DNA of 62,854 nucleotides, the filler included, from Octopus bimaculoides (taxonomy: Eukaryota), in the NCBI RefSeq assembly GCF_001194135.2. It is 7 parts of 7 records of this genome, joined end to end, with 100 filler letters (N's around TTAATTAATTAA, not from the genome) between each part and the next. Parts side by side here need not be neighbours in the genome. Positions count along the whole stretch, not along the records: positions 35,107 to 46,360 come from NC_068988.1; positions 46,461 to 56,248 come from NC_068998.1; 5 more parts are not named here. One strand, given 5' to 3'. Position 1 is the stretch's first letter. Each line of letters begins with the position of its first letter. The notes below the pieces were generated by a model, which saw only the letters and a program-made list of their open reading frames with translations, did no database searches and was not told the DNA's origin. Shown piece after piece: positions 36,336 to 48,795 of the stretch. Made by a program: the position numbers and the translations under genes.

Positions 36336-39300
36336 CTTCACAGAATGTTACAACGTTTACGTTGGCATAGAATTTAACGCCAGCTTCCCACCAAAGCACA
36401 CTCTCGTATTCTAAGACATCTTATCTTTTACTTGCTGTTTCAGTTATTTGACTGTGGTCATGTTGGTGCACCACCTTGAAGAATTTTGAGTCGAATAAAT
36501 CGACTTCAGTAGTTATTTTATGTTTTGCTAAGCCTCATGCTTTTTTATCCGTCTGTTTTGCTGCACCGCTTAGTTCCGGGGACGGAGACACACCGACACC
36601 GGTTGTCAAGCTGTGGTGGAGAACAAACACAGACACAAAGACACACACACACACACAGGGCGAAGGATGGCAATAATACAAAGACTGACATCGAGGGTGG
36701 AGGTTTACATATAATGAAATGAAAGGAGAAATTTAAATATATAAATGTATGTGGCTGTGTGGTAAGTAGCTTGCTTACCAACCACATGGTTCTGGGTTCA
36801 GTCCCACCACGTGTCACCTTGGGCAAGTGTCTTTCCTTAATGAAACTTGAAAAACCCAAAGAGGGCTCTACCTCAGTGGAAAATCTCTGTCCCCACGCCT
36901 TTCAACCTCGTCCAGCAGACAACCTTTCTATACAGAGATTAAGTCAAGCTTTGAGTGAAAAAGTAATCGGATATGGGAAGAAAAAAAGAACGAAAATATG
37001 AGCAAAAATTGTCATATATAAACAGGATGGCCACCCTGGGTTAAAATTACTCTATGGCCTTTGGGTCTACTTAACATTATGGAATTCTGGAATCAGACAT
37101 CCGGTTGTGAAGGATAGGTGTGTATTAATACATGGCGGGCTATTAATAGTTCTATTCAAATTCCTCTCAATCCGATTTTTCTGTACTAAAATCCTCTGTC
37201 GTTTGTATACATGATATTTATTTGATAACTGCTATCAGCAGTACCCACCCTTGCCAGGGGTTATATTTGATAACTAAAATAAATATGATCATATGAGTTC
37301 GTTGACATTGCGAATAAATTGCTTTTGGAAGATGCTGACGACAATCTTCGGTTCGTTTGGGAATGGTGGTTTGAAAATGTTGGTTCACTCGGAATTCTTG
37401 CTTCCAAGGAATGCAGGAATTGAGTCAAATGTGCGGTACCGTCGGCAAGTGTCTTCCTATTATAGCTCCAGGCTGATGGACATCCTGCGAATGAATTTGG
37501 AAGACGGAAACTGTGTGAAAACACGTCGTATATATACATGTGTGTGTGCGCGCGCGAGCGCGTGTGTGTGTGGTGTATATTGTGTGTGTGTCTGTATGAT
37601 TGTGTTTGTCCCAATCCCAGCTTGAGAACTGGTGTTGATCCGGTTTTTATGATCCCCTGTAAATATAGCGGTTCGGCAAAAGAGGTCGATAGAATATGTA
37701 CCAAACTAAAGGCGGCGAGCTGGCAGAAACGCTAACACACCGGGCGAAATGCTTAGCGGTATTTCGTCTGCTGTTACGTTCTGAGTTCAAATTGCGCCGA
37801 AGTCTTTCATTCTGATTAGCGTGGGGGGTGTCTTTTTAGGCAGCATATATACTCCCACTATGAAAGTGCGTGGCCTAGTGGCTATGCTGTGGCATTTATA
37901 ATCGTAAGATTGTGGTTTCGATTCCCCAATCGGGCTGTGCGTTGTGTTCTTAAAACAATAATCATTTCACGTTACTCCAGTCCCGTCAGCAGTAAATGTG
38001 ATACAATGAGGTCCTATTCAAAAGCAATTTTGTAATATAGGTCACTTATACGCCTTGGAACTCGGGTATGTGGGGGCCTAGGGCACGAACCTCGGGTATG
38101 TGTGGTTTAGGGCACGAAACAGTAATATCTAAGGGGATACAAGGCAGTGAGCTGTCAGAACCGTTGGCGTGCCGGGAAAAATGTTCAACGGCATTTCGTC
38201 CGTCGCTACGTTCTGACTTCAAATTCCGCCGAGGTCGACTTTGCCTTTCATCCTGTTGGGATCGATAAAATAAGTACTATTGTGCACTGGGGTCGATGTA
38301 TTCGACTTACTCCCTCCTCCAAACTACTAGCCGTGTACCAAAAGTGGAAACAATAACTAAGTGGATATTTTGCTTTGCTTTTTTTCTTTTTTGTTTTTTC
38401 CGTTCTTTCAGACAGCAGTGTGACATTTGAGGGAGATTTTCCTGCTATTTTTAGCCGATCTGCCGACCGTGTAATAACTACTTCCTCGTTACCTCGCACT
38501 AATAATCGTTAAACAATATAAGCAGGAAACTGGTCTCTGCTTCACCGTAATGGTTATCTGTCACAAGGAAATAGCGGGAAAGGTTCGCCTTAGAACATAA
38601 CACAAATGAGTCATTTATTGGTCAATTAAAAAATGCAATCAATACTCTACGCTCGGGTGTTCCACTCCTTGGAACATGAAAGCATCTAAGTCGATGTTTC
38701 TGATGGAGATGGGGGCCATGTGAAGATTGATTAGGGGCCGGACAAATTGCTATGTTTTATAAAATTATGATAAGTGCTTTTAAACTTTTATATATTCTTT
38801 TAATAATTTTGCGTGTTTCAGTCATTGGACTGCGGTCATGCTGGGGCAGCGCATTGCAGGGTTTCGTAGATCAAATCGAGTCCGGTATTTTATTGCTCTT
38901 TTTGATTAAGTTCTGGTATTTATTGATCTCTTTTGCCGAACTGATATATGTAAGGTACGGGAAGGTAAACGAACCAACAGCGGTTGTCAAGCGCTGTGGG
39001 ACAAACGGAAAGATACATTCGCACATATATACATGCGGACAGATAGACAGACAGAGACAGACAGACAGACAGACAGGCAGACAGACAGACAGATAGATGG
39101 ATAGGTAGGTAGATAGACAGATAGATAGATAGATAGAAAGATGACAGGTTTCCATATAATTTCCATCAAATTCACTCGCAAGGTTTTGGTCGGCTCAAGG
39201 TGCCGAAGGTGCCACACGGTGGAACTGAACCAGAAACCTCGTGGCTGCAAAGCGAGCTTCTGAACCACACAACCATATCTGGATCTAAAATTTACGTTTA

Positions 39301-39359
39301 AAAAATTCATCTTAAATTTAAGCACAGCCGTGCCTTCATCTTCATCAACACAATCTCAG

Positions 39360-39513
39360 CACCATCGACACACTTTTATCATCATCATCATCGTCATCAT
39401 CATCACCATCTTCATCGTCATCGTCGCCGTCGTCGTCATCATCATTATCATCACCATCATCATCACCACCATCATCTTCATCATCATCGTCGTCGCTAAC
39501 GTCGTCGTCGTCG

Positions 39514-39553
<40 letters not shown>

Positions 39554-39560
39554 TTCCATT
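39360..39560. repeat. Degenerate (CAT/CGT)n trinucleotide array; also 35140-35285 and 12205-12350
   Basis: Read directly; source of poly-D, poly-M and poly-I ORFs. Confidence 0.9.
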
Positions 39561-40496
39561 ATCAGGATTTTCATTATCGAGACACTCGAAAACCACCGTC
39601 ATGGTTTTCTTTCATCAGCCTTTCGTAATTTTCCATCACGAATGCGCATTCGCGTGCGCGTGCGCGCGTGTGTGTACGTGTTTATGTGTTTGCAAGTTGT
39701 ATACGAGTATACAGACGCGCAAATCTGTATGTGTGTTTGTGCTCGTATGTATGCCTCCAGAACAGAGAAACCGAAGAATTGGAAGTCTGATATTACTCGC
39801 CATGACGCCACTGCTATTCCAAGAAGTGCTCAGATCGACAAAAGAATTATTGTAAATAGGTCTGTGCATTACATAATGGCTATTGTTTAGGCTGCAGATA
39901 TGAGAAAGATGAGGGTATGATAGAACACGAGAATACCAGAATTCCAGAATAATTGTAATATGTCTGTCTATGACATAACACCTATTCTTTAGGCTGTGGA
40001 AATAAGAGAGATATGAGGATGTGATACAATACCGGAATACGAGAATGCGAGAATACCAGAATTATTGTAATATGCTTGTGTACGATTTAACTGTCATTGT
40101 TAAGGATGTGTGTGGTATTGTCTTGGAAATGAGAGAGAGCGAGATGAGGGTGTGATGGAATACCCGAGAGCACTTATGTTGCGACAATTGTTCTTGTGAG
40201 TACATATCATCGTGAGCGTGTCGTAGGAGGACAGATACATAACATACGTTATACGATCAATGTTGCCAAATCACACAAACAAGTATTCAAGCACACACAC
40301 AGACACTCGCGTATATATACACACACACAAACACACACATACATGCATGCATATATACATACATACATGCGTGCCCATATGCAATCTAGCTATTCTTTAG
40401 ATAATATGAACTTGTATCACTGTGTCGGCATGACCTCTAAAAAGACTTCAAAACATATTATGATGGAAGCGACAACTGATACTCTGTTCTAGAATG

Positions 40497-40566
<70 letters not shown>

Positions 40567-40644
40567 CATATATATATGTACATATAAATATATACGTATA
40601 AATATAAACATACCAATATAAACATATAAATATATATATATATA

Positions 40645-40760
<116 letters not shown>

Positions 40761-40907
40761 ACTATATACATATTTCTCTCCTTCCTTTCCCGAGCGTCCA
40801 ATAACACTATCCGTATCACGTCCTCACTTTGTTGTTTTTTTGTTATTGTTTTTTGTGTTTTTTTGAACTTATATAAATATATACATATATGTATATATTA
40901 AGCACTG

Positions 40908-40958
<51 letters not shown>

Positions 40959-41911
40959 TACATACATACATACATACATACATACAATATTACACTGTGT
41001 TACACATCCGGGTCGACATGGGTCGATATAAAACGGATAACGCCGAAAGGGACTGAAAAAAAATGAGTGTGTATGCGAATGTGTGCGCCTGTGTGTGTAT
41101 ATATGTATATATTTGTGTGCACGTGTGTATATATGTATATATTTGTGTGCACGTGTATCTAAATTTTGCTTATGTATGTGCTTTTTATGTATATAATTAC
41201 GTTTGTATGTATATAAATATGACAGTATATTTTCATGTATCACACGAGAAACTTCAACTTTTTAAAAGTTGGTTTAACTTTTCAAGTTTTTTTTTTTACT
41301 AAACTGAATAAACCTAAATAAATAAAATAAACAATAAAATATAAATACAAAAAAAAAACTCCAAAAAATTCAAGACATGCTATTTTGCCGGACTTAACCA
41401 ATGTAAGCTAAATAACAAGATTAACAAACAAGAAATAACACTGAAATTGATACGAAAGGGAGAGAGAGATGCGGGGAGGAAGGAAATCTTGCTGTGTTAG
41501 TCATGAGTTAGATGTTAGTTTTTTTTTTTTTTTTCCACCCTTTTCTCATACCACTAAGGTGATATAAACATTAAAGATACTATGTCGCAGACAGAAACTG
41601 CAGGAGCCATTTAAAGATATTGCAAGTTGCAAAACTATTCTGGCGGTGATTAAAGCCATTGCGATGCTGGAAGCACTTCCGTATCTTCCGCAGGTATGCC
41701 GGAATCACAGGCCTGGAACCTTCACCTGAATAGGGGGAGGGCATCAAGGACTGAATTGGTCTTCGCCCCCCAGAAAGGTTTTTCACTGCAAAGTGTTGTT
41801 AACCATTGCCAACTCGAGCTGGTTTCAGTTGCGATTTTTGGTCCTTCCAGCGCTGTCCTGAGATATTTCCTATATTTCAAGTCTGACCAAGCTTTGATAT
41901 TATCCATTCAC

Positions 41912-42062
<151 letters not shown>

Positions 42063-42112
42063 TAATAATAATAATAATGATAATAATAATAATAATAACA
42101 ATAATAATAATA

Positions 42113-42149
<37 letters not shown>

Positions 42150-42730
42150 CTTGGAAAAGGATGCGTGGCGTTCGATCGTATAATAATATAAATGATATAT
42201 AAATATATGCATGTATCCATACATATATGTACATACCTACATATATATGTATATTTACAGGCATATATGGGTACAGGACATCAAAAAACGTAGACAAAAT
42301 GAGAAACGAGAATATAAAAAACAAAAACATAGAAAACGAACTTTTTTTCGAACAACGAAAAAAAACATACAGAGAAACGAGACATGCAACATAAAGAACA
42401 TTCCCTTCATCAGTTGTCCCCTGTTTTATCTACTCCGCATTTCGAAGGTATGGAGAAGACGCGACTTCGTTTAAACAGTCCTATGTATACATATACACTG
42501 ACAAAATTCTGTGCTATTTATACGGCAGGCTTCTTCCTGTTTCTGTCTACCAAATCTGCTCACAAGGCTTTGGTTGGCCCAAGGCTATAGCAGAAGACAC
42601 TTGTCCAAAGTGCCATGCAGTGGGACTGAACCCAGAACCATGTAGTTGAGAACCAAGCTTCTTACCGCACAGCCACACCATTAGCATGGCGGTAGTCAAA
42701 TGACTGAAGCAAGTAAAATAATAAAGGAAT

Positions 42731-42833
<103 letters not shown>

Positions 42834-43039
42834 ACCCTTCGTTGGAGAATGTTGGCCTGCACGCCAGGCAGCGATGTGTCATCATTCGAATGCTAAAACG
42901 ATGAGAAGTGCATCGTGACCTGCGATGTATAACAACATCCGGTAGTCTGGTCGGTACCTTGATAACGTGATGTGTGTGTGTGTATGTGTACACATACGCA
43001 CATACTCAGCCATTCCTTGTACTGTCCTTTATCTCAAGC

Positions 43040-43089
<50 letters not shown>

Positions 43090-43468
43090 GTTTCTTTTTT
43101 TGTCTGTGTGTGTGTGTGTCGTTGTCAAGTTGAGAAAAATAACAGCTGTGTCGCGTTGTAAATATTTCCGAAGATAGTATCGCAGACGGACAACAAGGAA
43201 TTTCACTGAAAAACGGAAAACAGACGCAGCACATACATAGGGACTTGTTGACGTGGTAGACAACTCAACAAGTCTGCTGACACCGTCAGCAAGGACTTCC
43301 TATTGACATCTGATAAAAGGATCACATTTATGCTTCTCGTCCGTTTGCGCAGAATTTTCGTTTTTGCTATAAACATCCTTGTTGTTCCTCAGTGCAACGG
43401 TGTGCAATACTCATACACACATACATACACACACATTCACACTCAACCACACATACGTATACATACAA

Positions 43469-43502
<34 letters not shown>

Positions 43503-46460
43503 GCATGTATATATATTCTTTTATTCTTTTACTTGTTTCAGTCATTTGACTGGGGCCAGACTGGAGCACCGCCTTCAAGGTTTTTCAGTCGAATCATATC
43601 GATCCCAGGGCTTATTCTTTGTAAGCCGAGTACTTATTCTATCGGTTACTTTGGCCGAACTGCTCAGTTACAGTGACGTAAACACACCAACATCGGTTGT
43701 CAAGCGATGGTGGGGGAAAACACAGACACACACACACACAAACAAATACATATGTGTGATTGTGTGTGTGTAACTGACGGGTTTCTTTCAATTTACATCT
43801 ACCAAATCTACTCACGAGGCTTTAGTTGTATATTCATGTGTGTGTATGTGTGTGTACGTATATATGTGTGTATGTGTACGTATATATGTGTGTGGGGGTT
43901 CTTTGTGTCTGTTTGTCTCTCCACCACCACCGCTTGACAACCGGTGCTGGTGTGTTTACATCCCCGTAATCTGACGATTCGGTAAGAGATCAATGAAATA
44001 TGTACCAAGCTTTAAAAAAATAAGTCCCGATGTCGATTCATTTCACGTTGGTGCCCCAGCATGACCGCAGTCTAATGACTGTAACAAGTCAAAAAAACAA
44101 ACCACGACAGAGAAACGTACGTAGGGACAAATAAGATGTTTCTCCTACATTTCCTCTATATATCATAAACAGTAATACAACTAAGTAGAGAAGTAACCAG
44201 AGCGTTATACTTGAAGCAGACTGGATGATGACAATCTACGTTGAACTCTAAACCAAAAACTAGCAGCCACGCATCTAACTGTACATACATGTTATACTAC
44301 ATACATGTGTTCGTGGGCCCGTGTGTGTGCGTAAACATTCCCAATGAAACATTCCAAAGATTTTGGTGCGAATATTCAATGTTAATGTCACATATAGCTT
44401 CCTGTCTATTATTTATTTATTTATTTAAATTTCTATGTTTAGTCATATACTTGTGATGTCACGGTTCTCAGATAACATACCAAATTTTGTATGTGAATGT
44501 CTGTGTGTATGTGTGCAGATAAATGCATGTATATATGTATTTTCTAAAATGCAAAATTGATAAAATAAATATAAAAATATGCTAAATACTAAACGAAAAT
44601 AATATATATTTATATATTTATATTATTTTGTTTTTTGTATTTCGAACATTTTTATATTCATTTTATTTATTCTTGCATTTTTAACTAAACAAATATCGTT
44701 GCTTTAATAGTTTAATAATAAAAAAAATGCTATCAGCGTAACTACAGCAAAAACTCGCAAATATGGATAAGTATACCGTGGCTAGACTTGAATTACTGAA
44801 ATTTCCTGTTAAATTCATCATCTCACTGCAACATGGAAATTTATCCCTAAAATGTGCAAATTTTATTAAAGAATCTTTCTTTTTTTTTTTTTTTTTTTCC
44901 TGACTCAAACCACCCCGAGTTTTCTCTTCTGCCGTCTAGGGTGTATTTCGTTGAAATAGAATCGTACGAAGCAGCGAAGAATTAAAAAACGTGCCTATAC
45001 GGGGTGTGGCTGTAAGGTAAAGAAGTTGGCTTTCATATAACACTGATCTGAGTNNNNNNNNNNNNNNNNNNNNNNNNNNNNNNNNNNNNNNNNNNNNNNN
45101 NNNNNNNNNNNNNNNNNNNNTATATATATATATATATATATATATGCATATGTGTGTGTATCCGTGTTTGTGTGTATGTGTGCTTCTGTGTGTTAGTGTT
45201 TGTCCACCACCACCTCTTGACAACTGGTATTGGTTTGTTTACGTCCCCGTAACTTAGCGGTTCACCCAAAAGGAGACCGATATAGTAAGTACCAGACTTT
45301 CAAAAATAAATAAGTCGGTTCTTTCGACAAAGCCCTTCATGGCGGTGCCCCAGCATGGCCGTACTCTAATGACTGAAATAAGTAAAACTATTTAAACTAA
45401 GCTAATGTACAACACATTCGTTTGATCCCTATAAGCAAATCGTTTATCCTGGTCGTTTAGCAAGAAATTACCGAACCGTCTTTACCGGACTATGGGAGAC
45501 TAGCATCACACACACATACACATACATACACATACACACACATACACACACGTATGTAGTTTTGGTTGGTAAGATTGTATATTGATAGATATATTATGCA
45601 ATCAAATTCCAACAAACACCAATTTTCACATTTGATTTTAATATTTTTGCAATTCTATAAAGCGGCGAGCTGGTAGAAACGTTAGAACGCCGGGCGAAAT
45701 GCTTAGCAGTGTTTCGTCTGTCTTTACGTTCTGAGTTCAAATTCCACCGAGGTCGACTTTCCCTTTCATCATTTCGAAGTCGATAAATTAAGTACCAGTT
45801 GCGTACTGGGGTCGATCTAATTGACTGGCACCCTCCCCCAAAATTTCAGACCTTTTTCCTAGAGTAGAAAAAAAACGTTTTTGCAGTTTTACAATATTGT
45901 GTATTACAATATTACAAGTACTTTCACGTTCTATAGCAATCTTCAGATGCTAGAAGCATTAATACATACTCATATGCGTGTGTATACATACATTCGTACA
46001 TACACACGCATACTACACATCCATACATTCACCAGCAACAACAGCCCCACACACTTACATGTATGCATCGATCTATCCACCACACACACACACACACAAA
46101 CATATATATATACAGATGCATACAAATTGTGTGTTTGCCTGTGTGTATGTACAATCGTATTTTGTTGGATCCATCACAATTAATAAAGGGAGAAAAAAAA
46201 ACCAAAGGTCCAAGTGTGGTGAGGTGGGATGAGGGGGTGTGACAGCGAACAAGAGAACAAGAGGATTAAAGTGAGGGGTGGTGAGAGGTAAGGCTGACAA
46301 AGACAATAATACATTTACTGGAGTGGGAGGAGAGGCGGAGAGGAGAGGCGGGGGAGGAGANNNNNNNNNNNNNNNNNNNNNNNNNNNNNNNNNNNNNNNN
46401 NNNNTTAATTAATTAANNNNNNNNNNNNNNNNNNNNNNNNNNNNNNNNNNNNNNNNNNNN

Positions 46461-46505
<45 letters not shown>

Positions 46506-46564
46506 GTATATATAGATATATATTTGTGTGTGTATGTGTGTGCATAGATACACACACACACATA

Positions 46565-47600
46565 TATATATAGGTTAGTTTCTATCATTATTCATAAGCC
46601 CATTCTTTGGAAGAAAGTAATGAGATTCTTCCCGAGTCTCTCTAGCACATGCCCATTCATATTCCAGGTAAATGAGACTGTCATCTCTGTATAATTCTGC
46701 TTCTATAAAAGGGAATTCCAGAAGCAGGTTGTGTAAAATATGTGTTCCTATAAGCATACATAGCTCCGCCCCGTTGTACACACCCAACGGTACATCAAAT
46801 AAGGAGTCCTTGCTCTTTTTTAACCCAGGTGGAATCATCTTAAAAAAAGAGAGATTTTCCGGCATGCAGGATAATATTTACATCCAAACTGTTGATGCTA
46901 AATTATTGTTTGGCAAAATCTGTGTTAAGAAGTAGAGGCCTGTATATTGGTAGGTAAAAGTCAACAATATTGAACTGCATAAATTTACAGCTATTCTTAT
47001 GGTTAATGCCAATCTATAACAGACTTACTATTGCTCCAAATCTGTAAATCTAATTCCCTATCTAACTTGTTTAAAATAGAATCTAAGATACTCTTGCTAA
47101 TAATTCCTATTTGTTTTTGCTGGGTTAATTAGTCTGCATTTGAGGTTTCTACTAAAATTGGCTTTGTGGTCCTTAAGGGTAATAAAACGTTGATGTGGGG
47201 GAAGGTATTTGATCCTATCACTGATAGTAAGGTTGGTAGCGATCCTTTTTGCTTCAATATTCACCTCTTTATATAAGTTAGTGTTTGCATTTTTATAAGT
47301 ATCTGTAATGCTGTTAGAAAGTAGTCATTTGTAAAGACTTTTTTTTACAGCATATAAATTTTTTGTTTTGCCAGAGTTCATGTAAATCTTATCTGAATTC
47401 TTTATGTGTCTAATTGTTTCATTCATAGTCCTTTGGAGCATATTGCTGATCTTACAGAATTTTATCCTTCTAATGAATTCCAAGAAGTCTTTTTCAAAAG
47501 GTTCTAATTCTACAATTGGTGGTGGGTGTTTAGCAGATTTAAGTCCATACTTGTTAATGTTATTCTGTTGCTCCTTCTTGTTGAAGAAATGTGCCTGCCA
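46565..47600 (-). mobile_element. Decayed Penelope-like element, RT region
   Basis: MRWQAHFF...YGLKSAKHPPPIVELEPFEKD...KTKNLY and DSLFDVPLGVYNGAELCMLIG...ELYRDDSL, resembling PLE RT motifs FDVTMGSYDGAE.CELVG...GLYRDDGL. Confidence 0.8.
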
Positions 47601-48760
47601 TCTCATTCTTTGGATAAAGTTGGCGTGTTGGCAGAATCATTAGCACGCGGAATGAAATGCTTAGTAGTATTTCGCCTGTGTTCAAAGCAGTATTTTGTTC
47701 TGCGTTCAAATTCTGCTGAGATCAACTTTACCTTTCATCCTTTTGGGGTCAATAAGAGAAGTACCAGTTAAACACTCATCAACTCATCCCCTCCCACAAA
47801 ATTGCTGCCCTTGTGGCAAATTTTGACACCATTTTAATTTTTATTAATATTGATATGTATTTTTAACAATAATATTATTATTGTCTTTAACAATAATATT
47901 AATATTTTATATTTATTAATATTTATTATTGGCCAAACTTGGTACGGTGGGGTGTGTGTTTGTGTGAAAAAAAATCATAAATTTTCCAAAATTTTTTTAA
48001 TCAACAGCTTCCCCCCAGCATTTCCGGACCATAGTGAAAAAACAAAATTGGAAAAATCCCCATCAAAATAGAGAAATCCAATTCATGTGAGCATCTCCAC
48101 CATTTATAGCCATTTTCAATATTCCACTAAAATTTTATTGCAATGGTGTCATGTCCCAAACTCTCAGGATTTATTTAGTTCTATACCTACTACAAATGTG
48201 CCTAAACTCAAAGATCCTAGGGCTTGTACTTTTGGATTTAGCTTTGGATTTGTTACATGCAACAAAATAGGCTTTACATAAACATGAAAACAATTGCCAA
48301 AAACAAGTTTCATTTTCAAGAACCTGCACAAAAAATTAGGCAACTACTATCCCATGGACACTATTAATTCTTTTTTATTTTGAAGGTGATTATTACCTTA
48401 TTTTCAAAGACATGACATCACAAATATGGTTACTTATTCAACCAATCCACTGACTATTTAAATTGTAATATTTCACAAATGAAGTATCAAAAAAGGTACA
48501 GTAGAAGTTAGATTTAAATATTTTCAAAAATTCATACTGAGAGGTATTTCTAAGTCATTCTGAACAGGAGTGGAGCTATCATGTAGTTGTTTGTTGTATT
48601 GGTACTTTTGTTAGTGAGTGGTGAAGATTTTTAAAAATTACAGATCTGTTTTAAATGTAGGCTCTTAGCATACTGCAGTGTTTCTGAAGAGAGCATAATT
48701 ATTTTAATAAGAGTAAACAACACTAATCTGTTGGGCCTTACTAAACCTTTGAATACTTTT

Positions 48761-48795
48761 CTAATCGAAGTCATGCAGTTTTGAAGTTACAGAGA
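48761..48795 (-). CDS. Probable TTK-like terminal exon ([11 protein letters not shown])
   Basis: Acceptor ctccatttag in the phase required by the 49185 donor; TAG at 48763-48761; no homology support. Confidence 0.45.

Noticed and set aside
41580-41907. Possible REL-type retrotransposon fragment (SSSWQWL...VLDALP)
   Set aside because: The resemblance is too weak to assign.
42210-42490. Repeat with CTGATGA and CGAAA on the minus strand, considered as a hammerhead
   Set aside because: The elements are in a permuted order and stem III and the NUH triplet cannot be formed.
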